DNA of 64,000 nucleotides from Clostridia bacterium (GTDB lineage Bacteria; Bacillota; Clostridia; Oscillospirales; Acutalibacteraceae): NCBI GenBank assembly GCA_017634155.1, contig JAGBNX010000016.1, positions 9,984 to 73,983 of the forward strand, read 5' to 3'. Shown piece by piece: positions 18,526 to 28,026 of this stretch (position 1 is its first letter; each line of letters starts with the position of its first letter). The notes under the pieces were generated by a model. It saw only the letters and a program-made list of their open reading frames with translations, ran no database searches and was not told where the DNA came from. The position numbers and the translations under genes were made by a program.

Positions 18526-19116
18526 TTAAAAACAAATATCATTTTTTACAAAATATCCACGATCATGTCCGCAAACTGGACAGAATTTCGGCACGCTCAT
18601 ACCTTCGTAAACATTGCCGCATTCCATGCAAACCCACTTGCCGCGACCTGTTTTTGAATCAAATAACTCGCCGTTTTCTAAAAGCATGGCAAGCTTTTTG
18701 AATTTTTCGGCATGAGTTTTCTCAATTTTGGCAATTCCAAAAAATTTTTGAGCAATATCTGCAAAGCCCTCGTTTTGAGCAATTTTGGCAAATTTATCGT
18801 AAATATCTTCAAATTCGTCAGTCTCGTTTTGCGAGGCCTTTTTTAAGTAATCCAAAGTAGAATCAAATACGTCAACCGGGTAATCCGCATCAAATTTTAT
18901 ACCCTCGCCCGAAAATGGCTTTAAAAATTTATAAAAAATCTCGCCATGTTCTTTTTCTTGATCAGCGATAGTCAAAAACGCTTTTTGGATCACCTGCAAG
19001 CTTTCTTTTGCCGCAAACGAAGCTGCAATCGTGTAACGCTCTCTGGCTTGAGACTCACCTGCAAACGCTTTCATAAGATTAATTTTAGTCTGACTTTTGG
19101 AAAAATCGGTAATCAT
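18526..19116 (-). CDS. Rubrerythrin
   Basis: Ferritin-like diiron region (ESQARERY, EKEHGE, EKTHAEKF) plus C-terminal rubredoxin-like WVCMECG...CPVCGH. Confidence 0.9.
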   Translation of the reverse strand: MITDFSKSQTKINLMKAFAGESQARERYTIAASFAAKESLQVIQKAFLTIADQEKEHGEIFYKFLKPFSGEGIKFDADYPVDVFDSTLDYLKKASQNETDEFEDIYDKFAKIAQNEGFADIAQKFFGIAKIEKTHAEKFKKLAMLLENGELFDSKTGRGKWVCMECGNVYEGMSVPKFCPVCGHDRGYFVKNDICF

Positions 19117-19244
19117 ACAAATACTCCTGTAAAATTTATAAAAAACTAGCGTGTTTATTGTAAATTTTATTTTCTAACCTGTCAATTAATGATGAATTTT
19201 CTCGACATAATTCAAAAAATAAAAAATTTTTCGCTTTACATGAA

Positions 19245-19807
19245 TTAATAAATATCTACCCAACCATATTCCGGCAAACTGCTAGTTTTTGAAGAATTAC
19301 CCCATTTTTGAACTATAAATTCAGTTTCGCGAAGCACTAACTTGTAGTATAAAGATTCGTTAATATGTGCATAGACGCAAATGTGATCCCCATTAGATTC
19401 CACCTTAATCTTCTCTTTTTCTATCTTTCTGCCATTAATAATTTCATAAAAAATATTAAAACTATCTTCAAAATATCCCTTATCATATACATTGGGAGTA
19501 TATTTTTTTATTTTATCGATTGCATTGTTAAATCTTACTTTCCAATCTTTTAGATTCATACTATCAAGAAGTCGATTTACCTCTGGGACAAAACCTTCTT
19601 GATTCTTACTTTTGTCGTCAGGTTTTTGATTATTTTTTTTATCATCCTCGTTTTTACCGCGATTTGCAACCCAAATTATCAGGCCAGTTCCAGCGGCAAG
19701 TACAGGCACAAGTACTGTAGCAGTAATTACTAACGGCTTAACAGATGCCTGAGTTTTGCCGCCGCAAGAAATAATGCTATTTTCTTTCGATTTGACAAAT
19801 CTAACAT
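19245..19807 (-). pseudogene. Accessory-family gene interrupted by a -1 frame break inside or just after the signal-like helix
   Basis: GAGG RBS + ATG 19807 gives MLDLSNRKKIALFLAAAKLRHLLSR, stop at 19730. The -1 frame carries ...GGKTQASVKPLVITATVLVPVLAAGTGLIIWVANRG plus a 140-aa C-terminal domain. The track ORF start at 19886 has no RBS. Confidence 0.6.
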
Positions 19808-19993
19808 ATAAAAACCTCACTAGCCTAAAATCTAAAAAACAAAATTCTGATATTTTAATTATAAACAAAAAGATTGAAAAGGTCAAATATCGAAATATGC
19901 TGTTTTAAAAAAATTTTTTGAATAAAAACAATCGTATTTGAAAATTAAATTTCAATTTGATATAATAACTTGGCAACCAGGAGGTGATGATGT

Positions 19994-20674
19994 GTGTTTA
20001 TTTATGACGAATATTATCTTTTGTACGCAATTCTGATTTTGGCAGTAACGATTTTTGCACAGTTAAGAATCAAGCTGACTTTTAGTAAGTACTCAAGAAT
20101 TAAATGTAATTTTACTGGGTTTGATTCTGCAAATTTAGTTTTAAAACAAAACGAAGTAAATGGCGTGCAATTTTATAAGTCTCAGGGTTATCTTAGTGAC
20201 CATTTTGACCCTAGAGATAATAGTATATCGCTTTCCGGAATGGTTTATAATAATAACAGCATTTCGGCGATCGGAGTAGGCGCACACGAAGCTGGCCATG
20301 CAGTACAAATGGCAAAAGATTATTTCCCTATGAGATTAAGACATAGTTTAGTTCCTGTTACTAATTTTAGTTCGATGCTCGCAATGCCGCTTGTATTCTT
20401 GGGTTTAATATCTGTTCAGGATTTTTTGATAAATATTGGAATTTTGCTATTCAGTATTTCAGTTTTGTTTCATATCGTGACACTTCCTGTAGAATCTGAT
20501 GCCAGCAAACGAGCGCTCTTGGCACTCGAAGTGAGCGGCAGACTCACGGAAGAAGAACTTGAAGGTGCCAAAAAAGTTCTGATGGCTGCAAGATTCACTT
20601 ATATTGCGGCAATTCTTACTTCTGTTTTGTCGCTTTTAAGACTCATAATGATTGCCAATCGCAGGAAACGTTAA
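19994..20674 (+). CDS. YugP-type zinc metallopeptidase (Zn_peptidase_2)
   Basis: HEAGHAVQ motif and membrane-associated family layout. GTG start 9 nt after AGGAGG. Confidence 0.75.
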   Translation: MFIYDEYYLLYAILILAVTIFAQLRIKLTFSKYSRIKCNFTGFDSANLVLKQNEVNGVQFYKSQGYLSDHFDPRDNSISLSGMVYNNNSISAIGVGAHEAGHAVQMAKDYFPMRLRHSLVPVTNFSSMLAMPLVFLGLISVQDFLINIGILLFSISVLFHIVTLPVESDASKRALLALEVSGRLTEEELEGAKKVLMAARFTYIAAILTSVLSLLRLIMIANRRKR

Positions 20675-20767
20675 TTTTAAAATTTTTTTGTGACTAAGTT
20701 TATGAAAGAATCGTTTAAAAAATAATTCAAAATATAAAAAATTGAGATTTTTTTTAGCAAGTTTTTA

Positions 20768-20796
20768 TTGACTTTTCTTACTTTATGTCTTATAAT
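20768..20796 (+). promoter_or_regulatory. Sigma-A promoter TTGACT-17-TATAAT
   Basis: TTGACT 20768..20773, 17-nt spacer, TATAAT 20791..20796; upstream of ATG 20830. Confidence 0.6.
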
Positions 20797-20829
20797 CGCA
20801 AAAGATAGAATTTTTTGGAGGTTATGTTC

Positions 20830-21606
20830 ATGAAGAAATCGCTTAAAAAGCACCTGGCTATAAGCATGCTTTCGGTTTTTGCGGCGAGCTTTGTCGGTTC
20901 TAACGTTAAAGCTAATAATTTTGAATTTTACAAGAAATTTTTAATTGCTATTGGAATTGCTGTTCCAGTTGTTGGTATTGGAGTTGGCGTTGGGGCTTGT
21001 GTGTTGTCAAACAAGGATGACGATAAAGATAAAAAACCAGATGTTTTTGAAAATCAGGACGAAACAATTAAGATTTTAAAACTTATTTACTCAAGTTTTG
21101 AGAACATAATTCAGTTATCTATGGATCCAGATGTTGGTGAATTTGAACAAAATATAAAAAATTATTTGGCATATGGCGATAATTGTTCAGCTTTAAAAAA
21201 TATTTTATTTGCTTTTTATCAGGTTTGCGGCAATACGGAAAAATTAAGCAATGAACAATTTGGTATTTGCCTACAGAAATTATCGCAGGTGCGTTTTGAA
21301 TTAAGTAATGATAAAAATGCCTTGATTATTACTAAAAACTCAACAAAGTTTCTCTTGATAAATGATTATAATTTTGTTAATCACATACGAATGAATAAGA
21401 AAGAAATCAATGATATAGATTTTTCGAGAAATAGAAATGAATTTGACGCGTTGTTTGGCAATTGGAAAAATAAAAAGTTATCAGATGGCGATTTTGTTGA
21501 TAAAGTTGGCACGTTGGTTAAAAATTTTGAAATTAAAAATCTTCAAAACAATCCGTCTTGCCAGTATGTTAACCAGTTTGTTAATCATTTTATTCCGAAC
21601 AAGTAA
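20830..21606 (+). CDS. Accessory-family protein, intact (signal-like helix + Gly-rich TM + unknown domain)
   Basis: MKKSLKKHLAISMLSVFAASFVGSNVKA, then FLIAIGIAVPVVGIGVGVGACVL. The track start 20815 is TTG inside the GGAGG RBS; ATG 20830 has correct spacing. Confidence 0.75.
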   Translation: MKKSLKKHLAISMLSVFAASFVGSNVKANNFEFYKKFLIAIGIAVPVVGIGVGVGACVLSNKDDDKDKKPDVFENQDETIKILKLIYSSFENIIQLSMDPDVGEFEQNIKNYLAYGDNCSALKNILFAFYQVCGNTEKLSNEQFGICLQKLSQVRFELSNDKNALIITKNSTKFLLINDYNFVNHIRMNKKEINDIDFSRNRNEFDALFGNWKNKKLSDGDFVDKVGTLVKNFEIKNLQNNPSCQYVNQFVNHFIPNK

Positions 21607-21618
21607 AGTTTCTGACGC

Positions 21619-21657
21619 ACAAGCCTCGCAGTTTATATCTGAGAGGCTTGTATTTTT
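21619..21657. terminator. Hairpin between convergent genes (candidate bidirectional terminator)
   Basis: Perfect 9-bp stem ACAAGCCTC (21619..21627) / GAGGCTTGT (21643..21651), followed by ATTTTT. Confidence 0.65.
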
Positions 21658-21711
21658 ACGGCAGCACTTTAGAGAATAGTTTTAATTTATTTTTTTAGTT
21701 TAGAACGAATT

Positions 21712-22386
21712 TTATTGAATGCCCAGAGTTTTAATCGGATTTACAAATTTATCGTTGATTTGAATCATAAAATGCATATTTTTATTTTCTAGTTTTGCAA
21801 ATTCTTGGCCTTGCTTTATTTTATCGTTCTTTTTTAAAAATATGCTTTTTGGGTCTAATCTTGAATAATATGCTATTACTTCACTGCCGTCACCTGATTC
21901 ATGATTTATTTTTACTGTTTTGCCGTAAGTTGGATCGTCAAAAATTTCTATAATTTTACCGTCGGCTATTGCTGAAACTGCCGAGTTTAATTCGCCTGTG
22001 AATTCTACGCCATCACTGGTTCGCCAATCGCCGAATTCTTCGGAATATTCTAAGTCGTCTTTGTATTCTGTGAGTTCTGAATATCTAACAGGAATTATAA
22101 ATTCGGGATTCGCAAGTTTTGCAGAGACTTCTTTTAGATTTTCTTCTTGATTAGCAGCCGGTTTTAAATTATTAAAATCTATATTTTTAATATTTTTTTT
22201 AGGAATTTCTTCTGCTGTTTTTTTTCTTTTGGTGCGTATTATTTGACTATTATCTCGCTTATTTATATTAGCATCAGAAAAATCTTTTATACTTTTATAA
22301 GTCGACCATCCTGCTGCACTAATTGCTAGAATACAAACTCCAAGTGAAATATAAAAACTGCGGCGCTTTACGTTAAACTTTGCCAT
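21712..22386 (-). CDS. M23/LytM-domain protein with N-terminal TM (SpoIIQ-like, degenerate active site)
   Basis: N-terminal TM FYISLGVCILAISAAGW. C-terminal LytM-like fold (GKIIEI..DPTYGKTVKINH...YSRL......K.GQ) lacks a clear HxxxD/HxH. Confidence 0.45.
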   Translation of the reverse strand: MAKFNVKRRSFYISLGVCILAISAAGWSTYKSIKDFSDANINKRDNSQIIRTKRKKTAEEIPKKNIKNIDFNNLKPAANQEENLKEVSAKLANPEFIIPVRYSELTEYKDDLEYSEEFGDWRTSDGVEFTGELNSAVSAIADGKIIEIFDDPTYGKTVKINHESGDGSEVIAYYSRLDPKSIFLKKNDKIKQGQEFAKLENKNMHFMIQINDKFVNPIKTLGIQ

Positions 22387-22505
22387 AAAAAACCTCCTGT
22401 TTGAATCTGATTTTATCTTTTGCAGTAAACTTGCAAATATTCAGGAAAAATCGATCATATTTATTAAAAAATTCAAAAATTAGAAAATTAAAAAAGGCTA
22501 TAAAT

Positions 22506-23186
22506 ATGTTATCTTTAATTTTTTCTGTCCTGCAAAAAATGATTTTTTTGGCGCTGCACATAGTAAACCCGAGTACTTTCCCGAAGCCGTTATCGTCAAA
22601 AGAAGAAACAGAATGCTTTAAAAAAATAAAATCAGGAGATAAATCAGCAAAAGATAAATTAATAAATCATAATTTAAGATTAGTCGCACATATAATAAAA
22701 AAATTTAATTTCTTGCAAGAAAATAACGAAGATTTAATATCAATAGGTACGATTGGACTCATAAAAGCTGTAAATACTTTTAAGCCCGAAAAAAAAATAC
22801 GTTTTTCAAGTTATGCTTCGCGCTGTATAGAAAACGAAATACTCATGAATTTGCGAAGTTCTAAAAAAAATAATCTGGATATTTCTATGTCTGAGCCCAT
22901 TGAATCTGCTAAATCTGAAAATAGTCTTACTTTAATGGACACAATCGCCGATAAAGTAAGTCTATATGAAAAAATTTTTGATAAAATCGATATTGAAAAA
23001 CTTAATTTAAATATAAAAAAATATCTCACTCAAAGAGAGCAAGACGTAATAAATTTAAGATACGGCTTAATAAATAATAATCCGCACACTCAACAAGAAG
23101 TCGCGAGTAAAATAGGCATCTCACGTTCGTATGTTTCAAGAATAGAAAAAAAAGCTTTGAATATACTCAAAACGCATTTAAATTAA
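22506..23186 (+). CDS. Sporulation sigma factor with pro-sequence (SigK/SigE family)
   Basis: FPKPLSSKEE and HNLRLVAHIIKKF resemble pro-sigma K. IGTIGLIKAVNTFKPEKKIRFSSYASRCIENEILM resembles sigma E. Start set to ATG 22506, giving a hydrophobic pro-peptide of about 20 aa. Confidence 0.75.
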   Translation: MLSLIFSVLQKMIFLALHIVNPSTFPKPLSSKEETECFKKIKSGDKSAKDKLINHNLRLVAHIIKKFNFLQENNEDLISIGTIGLIKAVNTFKPEKKIRFSSYASRCIENEILMNLRSSKKNNLDISMSEPIESAKSENSLTLMDTIADKVSLYEKIFDKIDIEKLNLNIKKYLTQREQDVINLRYGLINNNPHTQQEVASKIGISRSYVSRIEKKALNILKTHLN

Positions 23187-23279
23187 TTTATTTTTTAAAA
23201 CTAAAAAATTAAATCAGAGTTATTATCTCCGTTGTCGCCGGAAATATCTATTTTTTTTAACAATGCTTACAAAAAGCAC

Positions 23280-23308
23280 TTGCCTTTTTATTTTTTTCAT
23301 GATATCAT
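23280..23308 (+). promoter_or_regulatory. Candidate promoter TTGCCT-17-TATCAT with a leader of about 140 nt
   Basis: TTGCCT 23280..23285, 17-nt spacer, TATCAT 23303..23308. Confidence 0.45.
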
Positions 23309-23449
23309 AGTCAGACAGTGCGTTTGTACGTTTGTACGGTGTACAGTGAATGTGCGGCAGTATAAAAAGTACGAATGTACGGGTAGTAGCACTTTTTAGT
23401 GCTTATTACATTTTGTTTTATTAAAATTTTATATATAGAGGTGTTGTTT

Positions 23450-24351
23450 ATGTCTAAGTTTTCTAAACGCGCAAAATTTTTGTCAATTTTAGCAGCCGCA
23501 AGTGCTGTTGGTAAGACCGGTGCTGGAGCTACCACTATCCCGGATTATAAATATATTCCACCGAGTGTTGGAGTCCAGGATGCAGCAGTATGAGTAGAAA
23601 CGTCGAGGGCCCTAGATTTTCAATATTTAAAAACTCTTCTATTGATCCAAAATCTGTTACTGTTGGTGTTGTGAGCACTACGGGTATAGGTGCTTTGGCG
23701 TTTTTAGCTAAAGATTTATTTTTTAATAAAGATAGAGATGCTATTAATGCTTACATCAAATATTTAAAAGCAATCAAAATGAGCAAAATTACTGTTTCCA
23801 CATACGAAGTTTCGAGAATTGAAGATGGTAATAGTTGGGATTTTGACAATGGTAACGTTAAAAAAACGTTTGGTCTCATCGAATCAAAAGGATTAGATGC
23901 TGACACTAAGAATACAGAATTAGTAGATAAATTAAGGTGGCTTTTACAGGTAGGAAAAGATAATGTCGGGCGAGCTCTCCCTTCTGGTTGCCACACTGGT
24001 TTTGACCATATTGATATTATTGTTAAAAAAGAAAGCAACAAAAAAGTGATTAAATTTAAATTATATGCAAACGAAGAAGATAGTGATGCACCTGAGGGAT
24101 TTGACGGTGAATTTACCAAAGAGACTTTTAAGCAAAGAGTTAATGAATTAAAAGGTCGAGCAAAAGAGGGTAAAGAAAAACTTAAAATGATTAAAAAAAT
24201 ATCTGAATACGTTTTGGGTGTTGTTGAAAACAAGTATATAAACGAAGTTTTAGATGCTGCTTATAAAGAGAATAGTTTTGGCAGTTTTGAAGAGAAAGAG
24301 GAAAAGGAAGATGAAGATGATAATGAAAAGAAAGAGGAAAGTGAAGAGTAA
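23450..24351 (+). pseudogene. Accessory-family gene split by a -1 frame change (or two ATGA-overlapping ORFs)
   Basis: AGAGGTG RBS + ATG 23450 gives MSKFSKRAKFLSILAAASAVGKTGAGA..., stop 23591..23593. ORF 23590..24351 (-1 frame) carries the second helix VGVVSTTGIGALAFLAKDLFF and the domain. The junction is GTATGAGT. Confidence 0.45.
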
Positions 24352-24453
24352 TAAAATAGAAATTGGATTTTGGACTTTGAGGGATTTTGTAAAAAAATAT
24401 AACAAAAGAGTGTAACAACAGAATGGATAAAATGTAAATATAAACGTACTATT

Positions 24454-24478
24454 TCTCCGGCGGCGCCGGAGGTTTTTT
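24454..24478 (+). terminator. Repeat-borne GC hairpin + T6, likely intrinsic terminator
   Basis: TCTCCGGC-GGC-GCCGGAGG then TTTTTT (24473..24478), about 100 nt after the stop at 24351. Part of a repeat copy spanning about 24425..24598, with 3' TIR TTTAGCAATGCC at 24587..24598. Confidence 0.55.
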
Positions 24479-24668
24479 CAATACCAATTGTTAGTTCCAA
24501 AAAAATTTTATCTAATTCTAAACATCATTTTCTTGTATCTATTTTTATAGCCACACTCCAATGTCCTTGACTAAGGGGACAGTTCGTTTAGCAATGCCGA
24601 ATAAAAAAAATAATAACGTCAATAATAATCATAAATAAAAAAATTATAAAAAAATTCTAGGAGCAAGA

Positions 24669-25037
24669 ATGCAAATAGAAATTATAGATTATATAAATTC
24701 TTTTTGGGTTGGAGGACTTATATGTGTTATTGCACAGATCTTAATTGACAAAACAAAGCTTACTCCGGCCAGAATATTAGTATTATTTGTGACTTCAGGA
24801 GTTTTATTAACAGCAATCGGAATTTACGAGCCGTTTGTAAGATTTGCAAAGGCCGGAGCAACTGTGCCATTGACAGGATTCGGATATGTTATGGCACAAG
24901 GCATCAAAGAACACGTTAAAAATAAAGGCCTTTTTGGAGTTTTAACCGGAGGTCTTTCGTCAAGTGCTTCAGGAATAGCAGCAGCTATATTTTTTGGTTA
25001 TGTTTTTTCTATATTTTTTAAATCAGGAGACAAATAA
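24669..25037 (+). CDS. spoVAE: Stage V sporulation protein AE (SpoVAEB-type)
   Basis: WVGGLICVIAQILID.TKLTPARILV....GV.L...G.YEP.V.FA.AGATVPLTGFG and LTGGLSSSASGIAAAI match SpoVAEB (about 116 aa). Confidence 0.8.
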   Translation: MQIEIIDYINSFWVGGLICVIAQILIDKTKLTPARILVLFVTSGVLLTAIGIYEPFVRFAKAGATVPLTGFGYVMAQGIKEHVKNKGLFGVLTGGLSSSASGIAAAIFFGYVFSIFFKSGDK

Positions 25038-25038
25038 T

Positions 25039-25110
25039 AGGCATTCCCAAAATAAATAGATGGCATTGCTAAAAAAAATAAATATTTTCTACGGCACTGC
25101 TATTAATTTC
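25039..25110 (+). repeat. MITE-like repeat remnant (duplicated 5' TIR, degenerate hairpin)
   Basis: GGCATTCCCAAAATAAATAGAT then GGCATTGCTAAAAAAAATAAATATTTTCTACGGCACTGC. Confidence 0.45.
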
Positions 25111-25199
25111 AAATAATTTTTCTGAAAAATTAAACAATAAAAAAGCACACATAATTATTTATATGTGTACTTTAACTAAAATTTAAAATCTAGTTGCTA

Positions 25200-25517
25200 T
25201 TAATGTTGTGTGCCCCCTGCAATTAGGCCAGTGCCTGCTCCCAGTCCAATTGCTCCAGGAGCAAACAATTCGCAATGCCCTAATATTTTAGCCCAAATCG
25301 GTACATCTGGTCTTTGAATTAGTGCGGCCCCGCCAGTATTACTGACTTCAGCCATAATGGTTCCAAGAGTCAATACACCACCAGCCAAAGTCGATAAGAT
25401 ACCACTGCCAATCATAGCAATACCAGCACCACCTATTGCCGAACAACCAGGGGCACCAAAGAACATTAAAGAACCGACTAACGCTGCGCAAAATTTTTTA
25501 CGGATGTCTGCGAACAT
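25200..25517 (-). CDS. Small Gly-rich membrane protein consisting only of the family N-terminal module
   Basis: MFADIRKKFCAALVGSLMFFGAPGCSA, then Gly-zipper-like IGGAGIAMIGSGILSTLAGGVLTLGTI and GAIGLGAGTGLIAGG. Track start 25532 is TTG inside GGAGG. Confidence 0.6.
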   Translation of the reverse strand: MFADIRKKFCAALVGSLMFFGAPGCSAIGGAGIAMIGSGILSTLAGGVLTLGTIMAEVSNTGGAALIQRPDVPIWAKILGHCELFAPGAIGLGAGTGLIAGGTQH

Positions 25518-25643
25518 AAGTAAAACCTCCAAAAAATATTTTTAAACACATAGTACCGAACAAAACGGTACCAGTTTTATTCTATCACAAGTAAAAAAAC
25601 TTGTCAACAAAAATATTGAAATATCAAGTTTTTTTTTGAATCC

Positions 25644-25785
25644 GGTAACATTGCCAGAATGAATATAAGTAATAAAAATTCATAGGACAATCTCCGTGGA
25701 TAAATCACAGATGATATAGCAACAAAAAAAAATTAAATAACTTTCTACGGCGACGCCGGAGAAAATATTTATTTTAATAACACCG
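25644..25785 (-). repeat. MITE-like repeat, full length, reverse orientation
   Basis: GGTAACATTGCCAGAA at the left end (reverse complement of the 3' TIR). Hairpin TCTACGGC-GAC-GCCGGAGA at 25744..25762. TIR-like ...AATAACACCG at the right end. Confidence 0.55.
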
Positions 25786-25873
25786 AATAATAAAATAATT
25801 TTAAAAAATAAATTTGTTATGATTAAAAATTTCTACTTTGTAATTTTTTTTACAAAAATTATCTGAAAAATGC

Positions 25874-25902
25874 TTGACAATTTTTTTTTCATACAAGATA
25901 AT
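25874..25902 (+). promoter_or_regulatory. Sigma-A promoter TTGACA-17-GATAAT
   Basis: TTGACA 25874..25879, 17-nt spacer, GATAAT 25897..25902. Confidence 0.5.
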
Positions 25903-25904
25903 AC

Positions 25905-26648
25905 GTGAGCCGGCTAAAAAATTACAAAAGTAGGTGTATTTGTATCATTACAGTAACTTTTAATCAGGTTGGACGTAAAATTTTAAAACTTTCATGTACA
26001 GTTTTAAGTTTAGTAGCAACAATTCGATCAAGCGACGTCGTAACAAATAAAATCACTGATGTTTATCATGCAAGCGCTGTAGAAAAAAATATTGTTTCAA
26101 AATATGTAAAAGATATAAAAAATGAAGATGTCAAAATTTCAACCGAAAAAGTTGAAAATAATAAAAATAAAAAATCTCGCAAAATCGATAGTAAGACTAT
26201 TTCAACGGTTAAAAACTTAGTCAAAAATAATTCTAAAAAGCTTACGCAGCCAAAAGCTCAAAAAATTACAAGTGCTTCTAATACTAAAATAAGTAAAAAA
26301 GTCAGTGGCAATAATTACTGCAATCTTACTGATTATGAATGCGTAGAAGTTTTGACAGGCGATGCGACGTTTTATACTGCAAAACCAGGTAAAAGAATGT
26401 CAAACGGAGAAATACCAGTCGCTGGAGTGCACTGTGCAATGCATCCTAAGTACAAGGGCTCTTTGGCAAAAATAACGTTTTCAAATGGCAGAACACAATT
26501 GCTAAAAGTAGGAGATACTGGTGGAGCACTAATAAACGGCAGTGCGGTAGTTGATATATTTTGCGCTACCAGAGACGAATGTTTGCAAAAAGGTCGAAAA
26601 AAAGTTAAGGTCGAAATTTTACGAAAAAAGAAAAATATTAATAAATAA
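25905..26648 (+). CDS. 3D-domain (MltA/RlpA-like double-psi beta-barrel) cell-wall protein
   Basis: C-terminal GDATFYT....R.SNGE....G.HCAMHP...GSLAKI.F.NG....LKVGDTGGAL....VVDIF fits the 3D domain. The GTG start at 25905 lies 3 nt after the predicted -10, so the real start is probably further downstream. Confidence 0.6.
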   Translation: MSRLKNYKSRCICIITVTFNQVGRKILKLSCTVLSLVATIRSSDVVTNKITDVYHASAVEKNIVSKYVKDIKNEDVKISTEKVENNKNKKSRKIDSKTISTVKNLVKNNSKKLTQPKAQKITSASNTKISKKVSGNNYCNLTDYECVEVLTGDATFYTAKPGKRMSNGEIPVAGVHCAMHPKYKGSLAKITFSNGRTQLLKVGDTGGALINGSAVVDIFCATRDECLQKGRKKVKVEILRKKKNINK

Positions 26649-26809
26649 AAATATTTAACTCTCTCCGGCACTCTCGGAGGAAGAAATTTTGGTTACGTAA
26701 AATGAATTTAAATTTTGAATTTGAATTACTCGTTTAGTAACGGCTGCAGACAGCTACACAGAAATATCCATTGTATATATTATTCTCTATGTTCTTTTAT
26801 GATAATTTT

Positions 26810-27004
26810 GCATCGCCAAAGTGAATAGAAGTAAGTAAATTTATATAACATTATCTCCATGTATAAATATGGTAAAAAAATTCAAACCAACTTCTCCGGC
26901 GATGCCGGAGAAAATGTCTATGTCCATGTATAAATATAGTAAAAAAACCCACACCAAACTCTCCGGCAGTGCCGAAGAAAACATCTATCTTTTTTAGCAA
27001 CGCC
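26810..27004. repeat. Composite repeat with two tandem units of about 67 bp, each carrying the core hairpin
   Basis: Unit 1 starts at 26856 and unit 2 at 26923 (TCCATGTATAAATAT.GTAAAAAAA...TCTCCGGC-NNN-GCCGGAGAAAA). Hairpins at 26892..26912 and 26959..26979. Bounded by GCATCGCC (26810) and TTTAGCAACGCC (26993..27004). Confidence 0.55.
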
Positions 27005-27021
27005 TCAGTATTTTGTATGCT

Positions 27022-27966
27022 TTATTTTCGATGGCTTGGCTTAGTCAACTTTACTCCAAAAAAATTCTCAGGCAAACCACCAGGACGATTTTCGCCTTTA
27101 TTTGCCAAAAGCTTCATTTTACTAGCTGCACCAGCACCACAGTCATAAGCAATCATGTTTCTCAATCTGCACAATGCCAAAAGCATGTCTTTCTGTTCCT
27201 GGGTCAAGTTACTTCTACCATTTACAGCTTTAGAAACATCAGCATAATTATGGCTACAAATGTCTAACATACTCCCATCTGACACACCTTGTAATCCTAT
27301 TTTATGCGCTACATCCACAAGAAACTGGTTTCTGCCCGTTGTTACATTTTTATAACTGTCGGGTAAAAGACCTAAACCGTTCGCCAAGTCAGCTAATGCT
27401 GAAATAGCATGATATTTCTCCAGGCCTGAACGCATTACTTTACTCATCCCATAGTCGTTGCCTAAAGCATTCTTAAGTATACCAAATTCGTTATTTTTAG
27501 CCCCAACGTCACTGCCATTTTTTTGCTTGTCATCATCGATTATCACGAAGCCTTCAATTGCCTTTAGTTTATCATCATCCTTGTCTACATTCTCGATTAT
27601 CTCGAATTTATCATTACCAGACATTTTTTTACTGTCAACTTCATCTTCGTTTCCGCCTTTTTGGCCCTGATTTTTTAATGTATCATCAATTTTTTTTCGT
27701 AATTCAGGACTTATAGGAATTTGACCGTCTTCTTTATTTTTTATTACACCAAATGCCTTTAAAGCACTGGGCATTTTTTTATCTCTGCCCCAAGTATCAG
27801 CTAAAGTTTCGTACAATACCCCAACTACACCAAGGCCACCCATAGTGATTCCGGTCGCCTTGCCGGCTTTATTACCAGCTGCCGAAGCCATTTTACTGGC
27901 TCCCAAAAGCGAAGCAAGCCCCATTGCAAGAGCAACTCGCTTTTTTCTGTCCCTAAATTTCGCCAT
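27022..27966 (-). CDS. Accessory-family protein, intact; unknown C-terminal domain
   Basis: MAKFRDRKKRVALAMGLASLLGASKMASA, then GITMGGLGVVGVLY. AAGGAG RBS. Confidence 0.75.
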   Translation of the reverse strand: MAKFRDRKKRVALAMGLASLLGASKMASAAGNKAGKATGITMGGLGVVGVLYETLADTWGRDKKMPSALKAFGVIKNKEDGQIPISPELRKKIDDTLKNQGQKGGNEDEVDSKKMSGNDKFEIIENVDKDDDKLKAIEGFVIIDDDKQKNGSDVGAKNNEFGILKNALGNDYGMSKVMRSGLEKYHAISALADLANGLGLLPDSYKNVTTGRNQFLVDVAHKIGLQGVSDGSMLDICSHNYADVSKAVNGRSNLTQEQKDMLLALCRLRNMIAYDCGAGAASKMKLLANKGENRPGGLPENFFGVKLTKPSHRK

Positions 27967-28026
27967 GTATTACCACTCCTTTAATTTTTAACATGCAATC
28001 ATTAAGAATACATAATTGCAAAGTCC

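Noticed and set aside
20815-20829. N-terminal extensions beginning MEV.../MEA... in the ORF track (16919, 20815, 25532, 37929, 49244, 60945)
   Set aside because: They arise from reading (T/A)TG GAG G(T/C)n, i.e. the GGAGG Shine-Dalgarno itself, as a start codon. The ATG 6-9 nt downstream has correct spacing and gives the conserved M-x-K-F/K-K leader.
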